Under the pieces are notes generated by a model that was given only the letters and a program-made list of their open reading frames with translations, did not search any database and was not told where the DNA came from. From the NCBI GenBank assembly GCA_965202585.1, contig OZ241832.1, positions 42,036,001 to 42,100,000 on the forward strand: a stretch of 64,000 bases of DNA. Reading direction: 5' to 3'. This stretch comes from Thalia democratica. Lineage: Eukaryota. Each line of letters opens with the position of its first letter. Position 1 is the first letter of the stretch. This document shows, one piece after another, positions 12,150-25,941 of the stretch. The translations under genes and the position numbers were made by a program.

Positions 12150-14670
12150 ATGTCTGTCCCTAAAGAACACAAAAGGTACTCTTTTGATGGAGACGTTGTA
12201 CATATTGAACTTACAGAAGATGGTTATATGCCACCAGAAACAGCAAGGTACTACATTAAGACTAGGACGGCTACACAAGATCAATCAGTAGTTGGGGGGT
12301 ACTGTGGAATTCGAGATTTTGATGCATACATTTCTCCTACTGTAAGTTGTTGTATGATTACTGCTTAATAGTTTAAGAGTTTTTAAATCTTGAAGTGTAT
12401 CTAAATAAAAAATTTTAAGAATGTGAGTATTTAATTAATTTTAAATACGAATTCTTTATACAAACGTTTTAGAAATAATTTCGTGTAATTAAAATTACTC
12501 TGTTTGTTGAAGCCAATAGTAATATTATATTTTAATATTTTTTTAATGATAACAAAAGAAATATGAAATAAAAACTTAATAAGTCAGAATAGTCTTTAAT
12601 GAACAACCTAAATTTTATGTGATATGTTATACAAAATATTTAATAATCTTCTTAAAAGTAATATAAACTATTTCACTTTAAGTTTTAATTATTTCAATGA
12701 CAATCTTTTATATTTAAAACAAAAACTCCCTTTTAATAAAAATGTATATTTTGTAAAACTTATTTTTTATCAAACTTATTAAAGTTTAAATACTTTTTTT
12801 CGTAAGCAAAATATTTAAATGTTTTAAGTAATTTAAAGACATTCCATTAAAATATTTTATGAAGATCATTATATTTATGATTAACTTAAAAAATACCCTA
12901 GTTAATTTTTTAGTGCAGTGTTCAATGTAGCAAAAGTTTAATTATAAATGTAGTATATGGTTAGGTTAAGCCAAGTATAAAAAGTACTGTTAATTAAAAA
13001 AAACAAATCAGAGTAAAGACCAAATTGGTTTTAAAAAAGGTGGTTTAAGGAGTTAGGGGGTCCACCTTGTTTTTTAATTTGTTTAAAAAGTAACAACTCG
13101 GCTCTCAGACGCTATTGACCACTTAACAAAATTAAATGTAAATACTTGAATTTTTTTAGATTAAAGTTAGTCAGTACAATAGTTAGCTAATGAAGGTGTT
13201 AATCAAAGTAACAAAAAGGCTAATTAACTAAAAAACTATTTTCTATGATTTTCAAACAATTTTCTTCAAATCTTTACATTTAGTCATTGTTTTTTTTAAA
13301 TGAATAAAATTAAATCTTATAAATAAAGTTTTAAATTTTGAATAAAAAATAATTTTTTTTGTTTAAAACCCAGCTAATACTCTCGATCTTGATCTAAATC
13401 TTTATTTATATCAATGCTTTGAAATTTTTAACTTAATATTTCTTTTCAACTTAAAATTTAGCCTAAAACTTCGAGGTTTATAGATCGAAAAATAAGGAGA
13501 TATATACTAGCTGATTTTAAAGTTACCAAAAAATGAATATAAATAAATTGTGCTTTATACGCTTGTATCAGAAAGTCTTTCAAAAATACCTATATCTTTA
13601 TAATTTAATACTTTTAATTACTTTAAAAGGTAAATTATTGTTCACGTTTAAAATTTATATATAAAAGCTAATATCGTTTTGCAAAATAAAAACGTTTTTC
13701 CTTCATCACCTTAGTTGTACGAGTAGATTGCTTTCAATTTAGTTTAGACATCAAACAAAATCAATCAAAACAAAAAAATCAAATTTTCAACGAAAAAAAA
13801 TTAAATTAAACTTGAATTATTTCTTTAGCCAACATAATTAAAAAAAAAGTTTCCTTACAAGTAGTTAAAACTTTAATTTTATTTTAGAAATACAAGGCAT
13901 ACCGAAACAATTTGCCAAATAGAAATGGTGCTCCCTACGACTATGTTCCATACATGAAAAGACGTCACGAAATTCCTTGTGGTCGCCCAAGTAATGGTGG
14001 ACAAAATGCTGCTCCGGTTTCTAATGATCAACACACAAATGAAGAACAACAAAGAAACAGTTACGAATCTAGAAAAAGCTCTATCAAAAACCCTTATCCA
14101 GTGGAAGAGCCTAGGTATAGTAACGCTTCTAATCGAAATTCTACTGTTGAGCGTGATAGTGTTGAAAAACCAAGAAACAGTTACGCAGCTGATCGCATGT
14201 CTGCAGCTGGTCAACTATCTGGCCAGGAAACAGGTAATTCACGCCCCTTAAGCATGAAAAGTTCGACAGTAGAAAATACAGAGCATTCACGTCCTGTAAG
14301 CATAAATAGATCGACTATAGAAAAATCAGAGCATCAAGTTGAAAGTCGAAAATCATCTGTTGACCAAAAGTTTGACGCAGAGAATAGTAAACGTGATTCA
14401 ACAGGAAGTCACCGTCATTCAACTGGAAGTAACCGTGATTCAACTGGTAGTAACCGTAATTCAACCGAAGGTAACCGTAATTCAACTGGTAGTAACCGTC
14501 ATTCGACTGAAGGTAACCGTAATTCAACTGAAGGTAACCGTAATTCAACTGAAGGTAACCGTAATTCAACTGATGGTAACCGTAATTCAACTGGTAGTAA
14601 CCGTAATTCAACTGGTAGTAACCGTAATTCAGCTGGCGGTAATCGTGTTTCAACTGAAAGTAATAACTAA
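12150..14670 (+). CDS. Two-exon gene, 324-aa protein of unknown function with a C-terminal 7-aa tandem repeat
   Basis: Exon 1 12150-12341 (MSVPKEH...YISPT, donor gtaagt, phase 0) and exon 2 13888-14670 (acceptor ttttag, KYKAYRNN...STESNN*) join in frame. Both are less AT-rich than the flanks. No family recognised. Confidence 0.8.
14398..14667 (+). repeat. Coding minisatellite, 21-bp unit x ~13 (STGSNRN/STEGNRN)
   Basis: Units such as TCAACTGGTAGTAACCGTAAT and TCAACTGAAGGTAACCGTAAT read directly. Confidence 0.95.
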
Positions 14671-15651
14671 AATGAACAGATTATAAATTTATGTTTGAAA
14701 AAGGTATCTCAGCATCATCAAACGATGAGTAATAATGATTTTTATTGTCATAATAAATCTTAATAACTCAATACTGTTTGTTTATTGATAGAAAAAAAAT
14801 AGCGCTCAAAAATTTTGGTTGAAAGACCTGGTATACGTAAAAACTATTCGGTTATTGAGTCGAATTTAACCAGTGAATTTAGATTTAGTTGTAAACTTGT
14901 ATCAGGTATTTATTTATATAAGAATAAATAAATAAAAAGAATCTAACGATATTTAAGAGTTTACAAAGCTTGTAATGATTTTTAAATTGTTTAAGCTAAA
15001 GTAAGATGTTGTCAAAAATATAAAGTACTTGTATAATATGCAGGTACTATACATTTTTGACAACATCTTAATTTGGTTTTATTGATTACTGTATTTACGA
15101 CTAAGTTAGTTTATTTAAAAATACTTATACAGTGTACAAGTATTTTCAAATAAATAAATTTAGTTCTAGCTTATTAAAGATAATTTTTAAAATTTAAATT
15201 AAATGATACAGTGTGATAGTAAAATAAAAATCAATTATTATCAAAATAATGTTTTTTACAAAATCACTCCACTTTATCAAAAAGTTTCCTTTGTAGTGTA
15301 AATTTCATTCAGTGTAAGTATATTCGATTTATTGTTCAATACTGGTTTGAAATTCATCTAGTTTTTTTTCAGTTATATATTAGTTTGATGTATAAAAGCT
15401 ACCTTCATTTTTTATTATATTTACTATAAATGTAAAAAGAACGCTTATTATATAATGGCGACGCGTGGTCTTTTGTTAGGGGGTGCTGCGGATTTAAAAA
15501 GATCCCCTAGTCTGAAACATTTAGATAAAACTCATAAAGGTTTAAAAAAATGGCAAAGTTTTAAGCAAAAAATCTATAGTATATTATTTTATTTAATTCA
15601 TCGTAATTCAAATGTAGAAACAGAACTTTAATTAGCTAGATATATCTATAC

Positions 15652-15994
15652 CAGGGGTCGGCAAGCTGCGGCCCGCGGGCCAAATGCGGCCTTCAAAGCC
15701 AAAATCTGCGGCCCGCGAGTAACTATTATGGCTGAAAACACACTTTTTCCAAACATTCAAAAAAATAGTTTTGCAATAAAAACTAACAGTTAGGCTTTTA
15801 ATTTAACATCTACTCTTAACTAGTGCCAAATTACTACTTGTTTTGTAATATTTTGGTTTATAATTGTATTTATCTACTACTTACTATTTTTAAATAATTG
15901 CGGCCCTGGAAAACTTTTTTCTAAAAAAGTGCGGCCCGCGAGCAATTTTTTTGGAAAAATTGGCCCGCGAGTTACAAAAGGTTGCCGACCTCTG
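15652..15994. mobile_element. hAT (Charlie-like) MITE
   Basis: TIRs CAGGGGTCGGCAA / TTGCCGACCTCTG; repeated GCGGCCCGCG subterminal motifs; degenerate 8-bp flanks atctatac / tcttatac. Confidence 0.75.
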
Positions 15995-17333
15995 TCTTAT
16001 ACCTTTACAAATTACTCTTTCTTAACAACTATATCTACTTTTTAAATTTTAACTCTATGAGAGTTTCTGTATTTTCACAAATATAAAGTTAATATATAAA
16101 ATTAAAGTAAACTCAATTTCACAAGTATATAAATTAAAACTTAACTACATAGTAATAAAAAACTATTATTTATATGTTATAATAAACGTATAAACAAAAG
16201 TTGAAAAAAAATAGTGCAAGTTATTTGTAAAACAAAACAAAGTTAAAATTATTATATAAAACTGGTCGTACTTTTTTAGATAAATAACTAAGTAAAGTTT
16301 AGTCAGACTTAGTATAAATGTTGTAAAACAAGCTACAGGTAATAATAACTATTATGAAAAATTTTCGTCTCACAAAAAGTTAATATTTTTATCAAACATT
16401 TAGATGTTCTTGAAAAATAATAGAAAATTAAACAGTTTGGCTTTTAATACACAGAATTAACAAATAAAGCAATATCTTTGTAAAAGCTTCTTATTTTCAA
16501 ACTAAAAGTTATAAATTAACCTATAAACATTAAAATCTAATAACCAATAATTACTTATTTTAATCAAAAATCTACAAAATAAGATCTAGCTGTGAAAAAG
16601 TGTTTTACACCGCTCTAATGGTTTAATATCAAATATATTTCAAGTCAACTCATACAGTATTCAAGAAGTAGTACCAAAGTTCTTCAAAATAATGCTCTTT
16701 TGATCAGAATTGAAAAAAAATTGGAATAGAATTAAGACTTTAGGGAACTTAGTTAGTTTTTTGTAACTGGTATATAAATTTTTAGTGTATATCTTACAAG
16801 CTAGAGCAAGTTAAAACATAAAAATTAGACTTTTTTTTTATTGTCAATATCTAACTGTTTTAAAGTTTGAATTCGATTTGTATTCATATTATATACGAAA
16901 GCTTTATAAAACTATTTTAAAAATTGTTATTATTTTGTGTTTTTTACTAAAAGCATATTTAAATTTAATTGAAGTTTTATTTGTTTTTTATTGTAATAAA
17001 AAGTTAATAAAAACGTATTTTTTTGCTTCAGGAAGATAGAAAAATTAAAGTATGTATAAATTATGCAAAACTAAAAAAAAAATTAATACAAAAGCTTTTT
17101 CAGATCTATGATTCTATTAGAAACTAGTTGTATATCAAAAACTACTAGATTAGTTGAACATTTAAACAAAAACTTATAGTTCACCAAAGATTTAAAACAA
17201 TTTCTAATGTGACTTACAAAAAAAAGGGAATAACTTTTTTATTTTGATCTAATTTTTTAGAGCTTCAACTAGGCTACAAATTGATTTTTTTTTAAATAAA
17301 ATAAAGTTTTAAGCAGTGTCTAGTCAAATTCGA

Positions 17334-18161
17334 GGGAACGGGTCAGAAAAGCACGGGTGACATTTTAGCACATAGTGAAACTTTAGCACGGACTGACACT
17401 TTAGCACGGTGTGACAATTTAGCTCGATGTGACACTTTAGCACAGAGTGATACAAAGCACAGAGTGTCACTTTAGCACGGCGTCACTTTAGCACGGAGTG
17501 ACATTTTAGCACAAAATTTATTTTGCACTTTTTATTCTTTGCTTAAATCACATTAGGTACTGTATTGTTTAAAAATCTAAAAACCAACTATGCAACATGT
17601 AAACTAAAAGTTAACAAGCTTTATATGAGTTACAAGTTTAAGCTTTAATTAAACTAAAACAAAAGTAAATTTAAAAACTTAATTAACTTGTTTTACTATT
17701 TAATTTTAGATGTAAAAATTTTAATACTTTAAAGTTTTCGACATAAAACTATTTTAATAAAGTTAGCAATAAATACAAGCTCTAGGATTGTTAAAACTTT
17801 TCTTAAATGCTTTAACTAATTTTAATAAGGCTAAACTTTAAGCATAATTTTTAAATAAAAAGTGATATATTTTTTGATTAAAAACCTTCTTATTTCATTT
17901 TAAGCCCATAGTATAAACTTTATTTATAAATTTTTAAGACAATATTTTTAAAAGTGTTAGAACTAACTTTCACAATTACTTGTTTGTTAAGTTAATTATT
18001 TTAGATAATTAAACATTATTTATCTGAACATTTTAAAATATTTAAAACTATTAGGTGCTAAAATGTCACTCCGTGCTAAAGTGTCACTCGGTGCTAAAGT
18101 GACACCGTGCTAAAGTGTCACCTTGTGCTTAAGTGACGCTGTGCTTTTCTGACACCTACCC
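17334..18161. mobile_element. Foldback-type element with subrepeat TIRs and 8-bp TSD
   Basis: GGGAACGGGTCAGAAAAGCAC...(TGACACTTTAGCACGG)n is inverted against (GTGCTAAAGTGTCAC)n...GTGCTTTTCTGACACCTACCC. Flanks aaattcga / aaagtcga match 7/8. Confidence 0.8.
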
Positions 18162-18169
18162 AAAGTCGA

Positions 18170-18480
18170 AGAGTACAACAGGCTCCTCGTGGAAAATATA
18201 TAAAACAAGTTTCAGGTAAAAAACTGATCTAAATAGTATTAAAATATCAAAAAGATACTGTAAAGCTACTTTAAATGTGTTTTTTAATAATAATAATAAT
18301 TTAAATGAAAACGAATGTATATGATAGATTTTTCTAGTATCAAAAATCAAAATTTTATCATTTAACATGCGAAATTGTTTAAAATTCTAGGTTTATTCAA
18401 CATTTCTCAAGTTTAAGGTTTCTCAGGTTTATTTTACCAAAACTGACAAATTTCAGAGTTTTTTAAGATTACAGGTTTTT
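18170..18480 (-). mobile_element. Degenerate copy of the 29330-29771 MITE family
   Basis: Reverse complement aligns with the interior of 29330-29771; ORF-track peptides share FKVALQYLFDILILF vs [15 protein letters not shown]. Confidence 0.55.
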
Positions 18481-20029
18481 TTATTTGCCTATTTTTTCCT
18501 TAGTTTTTAAGTATTTGTATACGAAGTCTTTTAGCCAAGCATTTAAAAACTTTATAGATTTTGTAGAAAAAGTTTTTAAGTTTTTGAGTAATTTTTAAAA
18601 TAGATTTTGCCATAGTTTTATTTTTTTAGTATTATTGTTTCAAATCATGCCTCGAACTTATACAGAACTTTTTAGATATAGATTATTAAACGATAAAAAA
18701 AGAAGCTAAAAATATTTGCTCCTACGACCTGGTGCACAAAAAACCTTTCGGTTATCCAGTTGCACTCCACGGATACCATAATGTCTTGTCCAGGACATTT
18801 ACCAAGTTACTAGCTTAAATAATTAAAGAGAAGATAGGTTTTTAATGTTTATACTTTATTTATTTATTGCTTTGTTTTCCCCTCCTATAAGGGACCTATG
18901 ATAGTCTCCTACTTTGACTGGTCTTATCTTAAACGTTGTTTTGAATTTCTTAAATCACTAAAAAATTTTGTTTATTAAACGATAAAAAAACGCTCAAAAC
19001 GTTTGGTCTAAGGACGAAAAAAACTTTTGGTTATCGAGTTGTACACCACATGGTTTCATATTTTCTTATGAGCAAATAAAAATTAAATTATAAACTTTTA
19101 AACTGTAAAAAAAAAACAATCAATGAACTGTAAGAAAATAAGCTAAGTTGTGTATTTTAAGGTTTAGGCTTAGACTGTATTTTCATTTTTATGTTATTAG
19201 ACAGGTTTTAGAGTTCATTATGCTTAAAACTTTTTTAAACCTAAACCTTAGAAAATAAAAACATAAGTAGAAAAAACTTTTAGAACTAAAAAAAAACTTT
19301 AACTTAATTGATAAAACGAGATAAACAGTAGTAATAGCAAACATGAAAATGATTGAAAGATGTGTCACAAGTTCTTTAAAGAAGTTAAAGTTGGAATAAG
19401 CTGAAATACTTTTACATTGTACATTGTCAGTATTTAATGCTAAAATGTTACAATTTAGTGTATAATCTCATAAGTTTTTAAGTAAAGCTCAAGTAGTTCT
19501 AATTAAATTGAAAGTTTATTTCGTTTTATTATAAGTTTTATATTTCACGATTGTTTAAATACTAAATCTTATTTACAAAAATTTGTTATATAATTAAAAA
19601 TAATATATCTTTTAACAAACAAATAAGCATTATTTTTAGTTATTTAAGAAAGTATTTAAAAAAAACATAATATTTATCTACCAAATAATAATATATATAA
19701 GTTATTAGTATATTAGTCATAAATTGTTTTAGTTTTTAACAAGAAAAATTAAAGTGCTTTTTTATATTATTAAACTTTATGTGAAAAGTTGAAAATAAGT
19801 CATTTAACGATTCAAAGTATCTTCTTACATTAATAGAACAACGTTAAAGAAAGTAATTTGTTTTTTTTAGTACATTAAGTATAATAAAAAGTATTAAGAC
19901 TTTTTTTTTCACTTTAAAATTTTAGACAAAACTTGAAATAGTTAAATTTACGATCAGTTATAAATGTTACTTTACTAATTTAGTTGCTTATTTAACTTAT
20001 TTGCTTATATACCCAAGTCAGTTTAAAAT

Positions 20030-21180
20030 TTAACGATCTTTTATTATCGACTTACAAAAAACATTGGGTATATTATATAAAACCAGACACTTCTTAAATG
20101 AACAAGCATTATATTTGATCTTTAATTCTTTGCTTATGAGCAATGTTAGATATGGCTTGTTGTGCTGGGGAAGAGCAAATAAAAAATGTATAAATGAAAT
20201 TAATGTTCTCATAAACAGAGCACTTAGATGCATACATTATAAGAAATATGATGACAGTGTAAGAGAATTAAAATCTCAGAAAAAAATATTAAATGTTGAG
20301 AGTCTGTATTTATATGAATTAGGTCTTTTTATGTTTAAGTTTAACAACAATTTGTTACCAGATAACTTAAAAATTACTATAAAAGTGTAAAAAATGTACA
20401 TAATTATCATACCAGGTCTTCAGAAACAAATTTTTTCCTACCTAGATTCAACAGCAAAATAGGTCATAAATCACTATCCTTCCAAGGTAGTAAGTTGTGG
20501 ACTAAGTTACCATTAAGTTTAAAAAGTATAAGTCATTTTGGAAAGTTCCAGCATAAACTTAAAAGTTATCTTATCTTTTAAATAGTAATTCTTAAGGTCA
20601 TTAGTGATCATTCCTACTCCCTATTTACTTTGTTTAAGGAGTTAATAGTACTTGTCATTTAATATCCAAACTTTTATTAATTTTTTATATTTCAGTTTTT
20701 TTTTTGTCCGAAAGTTGATTTGTTTGGTCACAGTAACATTGGTTTAGTCTGGATTTTAGCATTTTCTATCTAACTATTTCTAAGACTGTCGTTAAAGATT
20801 ACTATTTAATAATTCATTTAATATCCAATATTTTGTTTATTTTTTTGAATTTTTTTGTTGGAAAGTAGATTTGTTTGGTTGCATTAACATTGGTTTAGTT
20901 GAGATTTTAGCATTTTCTGTCCAATTATTTTTAAGACTATTCTTTAAGATTACTTTTTTGAATTAAGTTCAGAATACTTACAAACTTTTTTTTTTTAAAT
21001 CTTTTTTCGGCTTACAAACTTTATATACTTTATTATTATATTTCTTTTTTTATTGCATGAAAATGTTAAAAGAATAGTTATAGATGTTTACATTTTAGCA
21101 GAAAATAAAGTATTTTAAAAGCAAGCTGAGATAACTGTTTCAAGCAAATTTATGTTAAAGATAAATCTCTTTTTGAGCAA
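20030..21180 (+). mobile_element. CR1/L2-group LINE 3' fragment (RT C-terminal tail plus 3'UTR)
   Basis: ORF 20064-20390 (LIFNSLLMSNVRYGLLCWG...LNVESLYLYELGLFMFK), followed by HNYHTR and SLSFQGSKLW remnants typical of CR1 ORF2 ends. The 3'UTR holds a ~155-bp tandem duplication (about 20655-20957). Confidence 0.75.
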
Positions 21181-22370
21181 AGCAAAATTATTCTTTTTTA
21201 TGTTTACAAATGTTGTTTTCTTTCTATTATTTCAGTTAAGACTTAGACAAGTTTTTCAAAGAGAAAAGAGTTTTTTTTTTTGATTGATTTAGTGGAAAGA
21301 AATTTGTTGTTGTTAATATCATTGTTGTTAAAATTATTATTGTTTTTTTTTTACGTAATACGTATCTTCATATTTTTATTTATAAAAGTTAATTTCAGTT
21401 GTTGTAAAAATCACTTCTTTAAAATTCTAAAAAAAATCTTACAATAGTTTATGTAGCTATTCAAATGTGAAATATTTTTATTTTTCAACTTAAATCATCC
21501 AAAAAAAACCTTTTTAGCACAAAATACTTAATTAAAATGATATATTTATTCTATACTTTTTATCTAGTTAAATTTTTTTTTTATGGATACAGCTTTATTT
21601 TACTTTGTTTGAATATTGCAGTTTTATGTTATTTTTATTTTTTTTTTAATGTTATAGTTATATTTTACTGTTACTTATTTTTTGATAAGTTAAAATAAGT
21701 TGGTAGTAGAGTCAAAATTCTTAAACACACATAAAAAAAAGGAAATAACTTAACAATATATATATATTTTTTCTCTTTTTAAATCATATAAAAGGGTAAT
21801 TTATTTGCAAAATTCTGGATTAATTTTCAAATTGAAACTTCAGATAAAAACTTAACCTTTTAACGTAATTTATGTGTATATAATGTTAGATATATGTGTG
21901 TGTAAAAATTTTTTAATTTTTTTTTGGAATTTTTTTATTTTTTATTTTAATATTTAATGTTGTAAAGTTTTATAGTGTCACTTTTCATAGAGCTTTTCGT
22001 TTTAGAGTTTAATTTTTTCTTTTTTTTCATTTTTAGCTCATTATAATTTTGATTAAGTTTGGGTATGCAACTCGATGACCGAGAGGTCTTTTTGCTATCC
22101 AGGTCATTGAACCAAAACATTTTTGAGCAAAAATTTTTTTTTTTTTTTTGCTTTTTGTTCAATAAACTATACTTTCTTTTTTTGTTGCTCAATTTACTTC
22201 TTAGCTTATATATCGTCTTTAATTAGTTTGCGTTGAGTTTTGAGAGTTAGTATTTTAAATGCTTTTTTTTATGCTCAGTGAGCCATTAAAAACTGGTGCA
22301 TAATTGCAGAAATAGTGTACCTATTTGACAAGGCACCCCCTTGACACTAACTATAGATAGATAGATTGTT

Positions 22371-22797
22371 TGGTGCACGACTATTCAAATACACAATTCA
22401 GATTATTAAAAAAAATGAAAGGGTCACAACTAAAAAAGTAATGTATATTTGTCAAATATAAAAATTCATACATAGGTCCTATTAATATTAAAATATCTAA
22501 AAGCTGTTTTTTTATTTTTGCAAAACATTAAATATTTTTTGAGATATTTTTTTTAAAGGTAGGTATGGCTTAAATAAAGTAAAAAAACATAGTTATTTTT
22601 AGTAATTTTAAATAAATACCTTGAAAAATATTTAAGATTTTGAAAAAAAAAGTGGCTTGTAGATAGTAATAAGATCTACATTTTTTTTATTTTTTTTAAA
22701 ATTTAAATTACTTTTTGAGATATAGTCTTTTTAATATTTTTTTAAGAGTTTGAATTGTTGGAAGTTTAGTTGTCCAAATTTGAATTTTCATGTAACC
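22371..22797. mobile_element. Mutator-like MITE (GGTTGCACGACTATTC family)
   Basis: Left TGGTGCACGACTATTCAAAT and right TTTGAATTTTCATGTAACC; same family as 48044-48400 and 50327-50746. Confidence 0.6.
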
Positions 22798-22864
22798 ATA
22801 TTTTTCTATAGTATATTTGTATATAAAATATGCAAGATCTTACATTTATATTAACCTAGTATAT

Positions 22865-24033
22865 CAGGGTTGCCACACACTCAGGGAACTCAGGGAATTT
22901 TCAAACTGTAGAAAATCTCAGGGAAACTCAGGGAAACTCAGGGAATTTTGGCATTTTTCTTTTAACTCAGGGAAACTCAGGAAGTTTTGATTTTTTCTCT
23001 AAATTTCAGGGAAGTTTTTGAAAATCTCAGGGAAATTTTTTTCTAGATCTAGAATGAGGTTTAGTTGATCCAGTTTCAATTTTTTGTTCAAAAGTAGTAA
23101 TTTTTATTATTTAAGTGGTTACTTAGAATTTTTTTAGCCTTGTGGCTAGTTCTTTAATATTCTTAGTATTAACATTGTAGTTTTTTTAAGTTTTAAATTT
23201 ATATTTACTTAAGTAAAATCAAACAGTTTAGAGAAATGAAAGTTGTTGTTAACTATTCATTGAAAAGTTCTAATAAACTTTTTATTTTTAGTTACTTACG
23301 TAGTTTAAAAAACACTATGTTGTACTATTAGTTCTTATTTTTTAAATAATAAAGTTATTTGTTATTTGTTTACAACTACTTGTTTTCAGTAAAAAAAATT
23401 AAAATGAATACAGATTAGTGTTGTATTACTTTTTTTAAAAAAATAGAGTAATATATTTTTGTTTATAAATAATAATTTTAAAAGTAGTAGCAGTAATGGT
23501 AATTAATTTTTTAGTGTGAATGTTTTAATATAGTATACTTTACAACTTTTTTGCAGATTTAATTTAAAAGTTGAGAACAGTTGCTAGGAAAGACATACAA
23601 GTCATAATGAAGTTATTATGTATGCATTTAAGTGAGTTCTTCATGTGAAAGAATATATAGTATAATTAAATTTTGTCAATTAAAGTGTCAAACAAATTAA
23701 GCTTTATTCTTTTATGTAGAAAGTTAACTAACAAGTTTACACAAAGTTGTGCAAAAATTTAGTTTTTAATTTTTAATTGGTTTAAACCTTTTAAGATTGA
23801 GTTTTTGAAAACAGTTTTTTTCATAAATTTAATGCAGAAGCATACACATACAACCTTCCTTTTATTATTAAAGAAGACAAATGAAAATGAGGTATTAATA
23901 ATTTGTGTTAGAAGAGAAATTTTTTTTTTAAGATTTGAAAAATACTCAGGGAAACTCAGGGAAATTTAAGGTTACTCAGGGAAATTTTTGGTCACTCAGG
24001 GAAGATTTTTTGGCTCAAAGAGTGGCAACCCTG
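22865..24033. mobile_element. hAT-like MITE with CAGGGTTGCCA TIRs and a 6-bp TSD
   Basis: TIRs CAGGGTTGCCAC / GTGGCAACCCTG; ACTCAGGGAA subrepeats at both ends; exact flanking GTATAT at 22859-22864 and 24034-24039. Confidence 0.85.
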
Positions 24034-24522
24034 GTATATGTACTGCCAAAGCAATTACCTGGAGTTTTAAACAAATTTTACACAAAAACCTTGAATTATT
24101 TTAGATTAGACAGTGAGTAACTATTATATTTAGAAAAATTAGAATTCTATTTCCATTAAAATTCATATAAGGTAGCATTATGATATCTTTTTAGCAATTT
24201 AATTGTGTTAAAAAACTTTTTAGCCTTTAGTTTATATTTCAACTAACCTTAATTAAAAGACTTTTACTAACAAAAACCTAGAAAAAACTTCTAAAAAACA
24301 AGTCATCACCATGATATAAGTTTAAGAGAAAACTAAATTGTGTAAAAATTTTTTAAAGATTTTAAACAGAGCTAGGCTAATTTATAGTGACTCAGGCTAG
24401 ATTATTTTTGCCTAAATGAGTTATAACCCTGTTAAAACTTTAAACTTTTAAAAGTTGTTTTATGTAGTTTCTTTTTTTAATTTTGTCTAACTGGCATAAT
24501 ATAAACTAAGATAGTTATAACT

Positions 24523-25941
24523 ATGTTAATCAACAAAAAATTAAGCAGATATTTAAAATTAAAAATGAACAATGATGACTGTTTTTTGAAACCTTTTCTA
24601 AAACCAATTTCGTTAAAATTAAAGACTCAGTCTGCTTTTACAAGAAAAGAAAACGGGAAAAAAAGGGACAATTCAGTTGAGAACAAAAAGTTAGCAACTA
24701 TAAAAAAATCAAGGTTTTCAAATGGGCCTGACATAAAAGAATCAGTTCTTTATGAGTTACCTGCTGAAGAAAATACTTATGAAAAGAAAGTTGAAAGAGC
24801 CAAAGCTCAAGCTCAAAGAATAGTTGAAAGATTGAGAAAAGAGGGAAAGCTTAAAGTTCCACTACCTTCATTACAAAGTCCAAGTTCTTCCTTATTAAAT
24901 CAAGTATATGTTATGCGTCAAAAAGAAACTAGTGGTATATATATAGCAAAAATAGATATAAATAATCTTCCTCTTGATTTAAGAACTGTTTTAACATCAT
25001 CAGACACAACTAATAAAGTTGAGAAGCAGTTTGTTGCTAAAATAAGTATTAAGGGAAGCTATATAGAAAACTTTGAATTAAAAAAATTAAATCCTTTTAG
25101 AAACCAGTTACATTTAGAAATTCAAGCTACAAATAAAGATTCTGTTGATGGTGCATCAGAATATATCAAGAGTTTTGTTCAAAATTATGGTACAAAGAAA
25201 GTTGTTGTACCAACTGCACAACCTGCTCAAGTAAGTCCAATAATACCTCACATAAATTGCTTTAGTCAACCATCATTACCTACTGGTAATTATTTTCAAG
25301 ATAAAGTTTTTATAAACATTGAACCAGTTACTGGATTTAATATTAAACAAGAAATACAAGGAGTTAACTTTTCAAATTTCAAATATTTATCTTCAAATGG
25401 TTCTAAAGTTTTTTTGAGAGGTCATGGTTCTGGTTTTATTGAGCCAACTTCAGGCAGGGAAGCTTTTGAAGCTATGCATGTTTATATTAGCCACCCAACT
25501 CAATTAGTTGTAAATCAAACAAAACAACTTGTTCAGGATTTGCTTGCAAGTGTGAAACAAAAGGCATTGAGTTTTTCAGAATCCTTAAATTTCTGCGGCA
25601 CAAATACAAACAAGTATGTTCCACTAGATGTTAGAGCTTATGTTCAAAAAGTTCCTGCCCCAGTTCCAACCCCATCTACAGGAAGTGTTCATTCTGATCA
25701 AATTTTAAATAAACCAAAAAGAAAATTTTCTGAAAAAGCTACTAGTTCATATAATAATGTAGTAGGTTATACACACACAAATATAATAAAAAAGAAAGTT
25801 TTTAGTGAAACAAAAGATTTAAATGCTTCTTCAAGTAAAAGAAAGAAGTTTACAGAAGTACTACCTATCAAAGAGGATGAGTTTTCTAAGAAAGTAATTA
25901 GTAATGGACAACCATTCTGGATGACAAACTTTGAAAACTGA
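24523..25941 (+). CDS. KHDC4: KH-domain RNA-binding protein, KHDC4/BLOM7 (KIAA0907) homolog, single exon; alternative start ATG at 24565
   Basis: 472-aa ORF. DKVFINIEPVTGFNIKQEI...SKVFLRGHGSGFIEPTSGREAFEAMHVYISHP matches the KHDC4 second KH signature ([31 protein letters not shown]); IAKIDINNLPLDLRTVLT matches the first KH domain. Confidence 0.88.
   Translation: MLINKKLSRYLKLKMNNDDCFLKPFLKPISLKLKTQSAFTRKENGKKRDNSVENKKLATIKKSRFSNGPDIKESVLYELPAEENTYEKKVERAKAQAQRIVERLRKEGKLKVPLPSLQSPSSSLLNQVYVMRQKETSGIYIAKIDINNLPLDLRTVLTSSDTTNKVEKQFVAKISIKGSYIENFELKKLNPFRNQLHLEIQATNKDSVDGASEYIKSFVQNYGTKKVVVPTAQPAQVSPIIPHINCFSQPSLPTGNYFQDKVFINIEPVTGFNIKQEIQGVNFSNFKYLSSNGSKVFLRGHGSGFIEPTSGREAFEAMHVYISHPTQLVVNQTKQLVQDLLASVKQKALSFSESLNFCGTNTNKYVPLDVRAYVQKVPAPVPTPSTGSVHSDQILNKPKRKFSEKATSSYNNVVGYTHTNIIKKKVFSETKDLNASSSKRKKFTEVLPIKEDEFSKKVISNGQPFWMTNFEN

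Noticed and set aside
13879-14686. Overlapping ORFs in other frames and the antisense strand (VTVIQL and QLNYGY repeats)
   Set aside because: By-products of a stop-free 21-bp repeat; only the 13888-14670 frame joins exon 1.
5170-18796. Possible 13.6-kb element between two inverted copies of the 120-nt repeat, flanked by ATT/ATT
   Set aside because: The repeat inserts singly elsewhere (e.g. inside the 62-kb pseudogene), and a 3-bp match in AT-rich DNA is expected by chance.
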